A stretch of DNA of 63,794 nt, filler included, from Bigelowiella natans CCMP2755 (Eukaryota; Protista; Cercozoa): NCBI GenBank assembly GCA_000320545.1. It is 7 parts of 7 records of this genome, joined end to end, with 100 filler letters (N's around TTAATTAATTAA, not from the genome) between each part and the next. Parts side by side here need not be neighbours in the genome. Positions count along the whole stretch, not along the records: positions 62,366 to 63,794 come from ADNK01000291.1; 6 more parts are not named here. One strand, given 5' to 3'. The notes below the pieces were generated by a model. It was not told the DNA's origin, searched no databases, and saw nothing but the letters and a program-made list of their open reading frames with translations. A program made the position numbers and the translations under genes. Below are positions 63,661 through 63,794 of the stretch, piece by piece. The first letter of the stretch is position 1. Each line of letters starts with the position of its first letter.

Positions 63661-63794
63661 GAGAGTTGATGATTTGAGGGGAGCAGCTAGCCTTTTTTGA
63701 GGAAGGACGAGGGAGGAAGGGGGGGGGGGGGGGGGGGAGGTGAGAGCGGCGTCTTTTTGCGAGTCTCTGATGAGCGTCACGCGGGGGGGGAGTG

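Overview
Intron-rich, microsatellite-rich eukaryotic (protist-like) nuclear DNA. It is built from 7 contigs joined by artificial 100-bp N/TTAATTAATTAA linkers, so adjacency across linkers is not reliable. Recognisable genes: a cathepsin X/Z-like pseudoprotease, a WW-WW/CWC2-like splicing factor, a head-to-head pair of duplicated 7TM-like genes, a DPF/NPF-repeat endocytic protein, mitochondrial DAP3/mS29, a CAMK-group kinase, an intronless ARL13-EF-hand fusion, a SNF2 (TTF2/Rad5-like) C-terminus and a PP2A B55-like N-terminus. Two signals stand out. (1) An intact, very young Ty3/Gypsy LTR retrotransposon (30917-36632; identical 326-bp LTRs, TTCA target duplication) whose single polyprotein ends in what looks like a degenerate Dam/DIRS-type N6-adenine methyltransferase domain. 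(2) Sharply bounded intergenic patches (about 8.0-9.5 kb and 30.1-30.9 kb) where TpA dinucleotides are almost erased except in CTAG while CpG is retained. This suggests a RIP-like TpA->TpG/CpA hypermutation process acting on old repeats. All assignments are from visual motif recognition; no database search was run.
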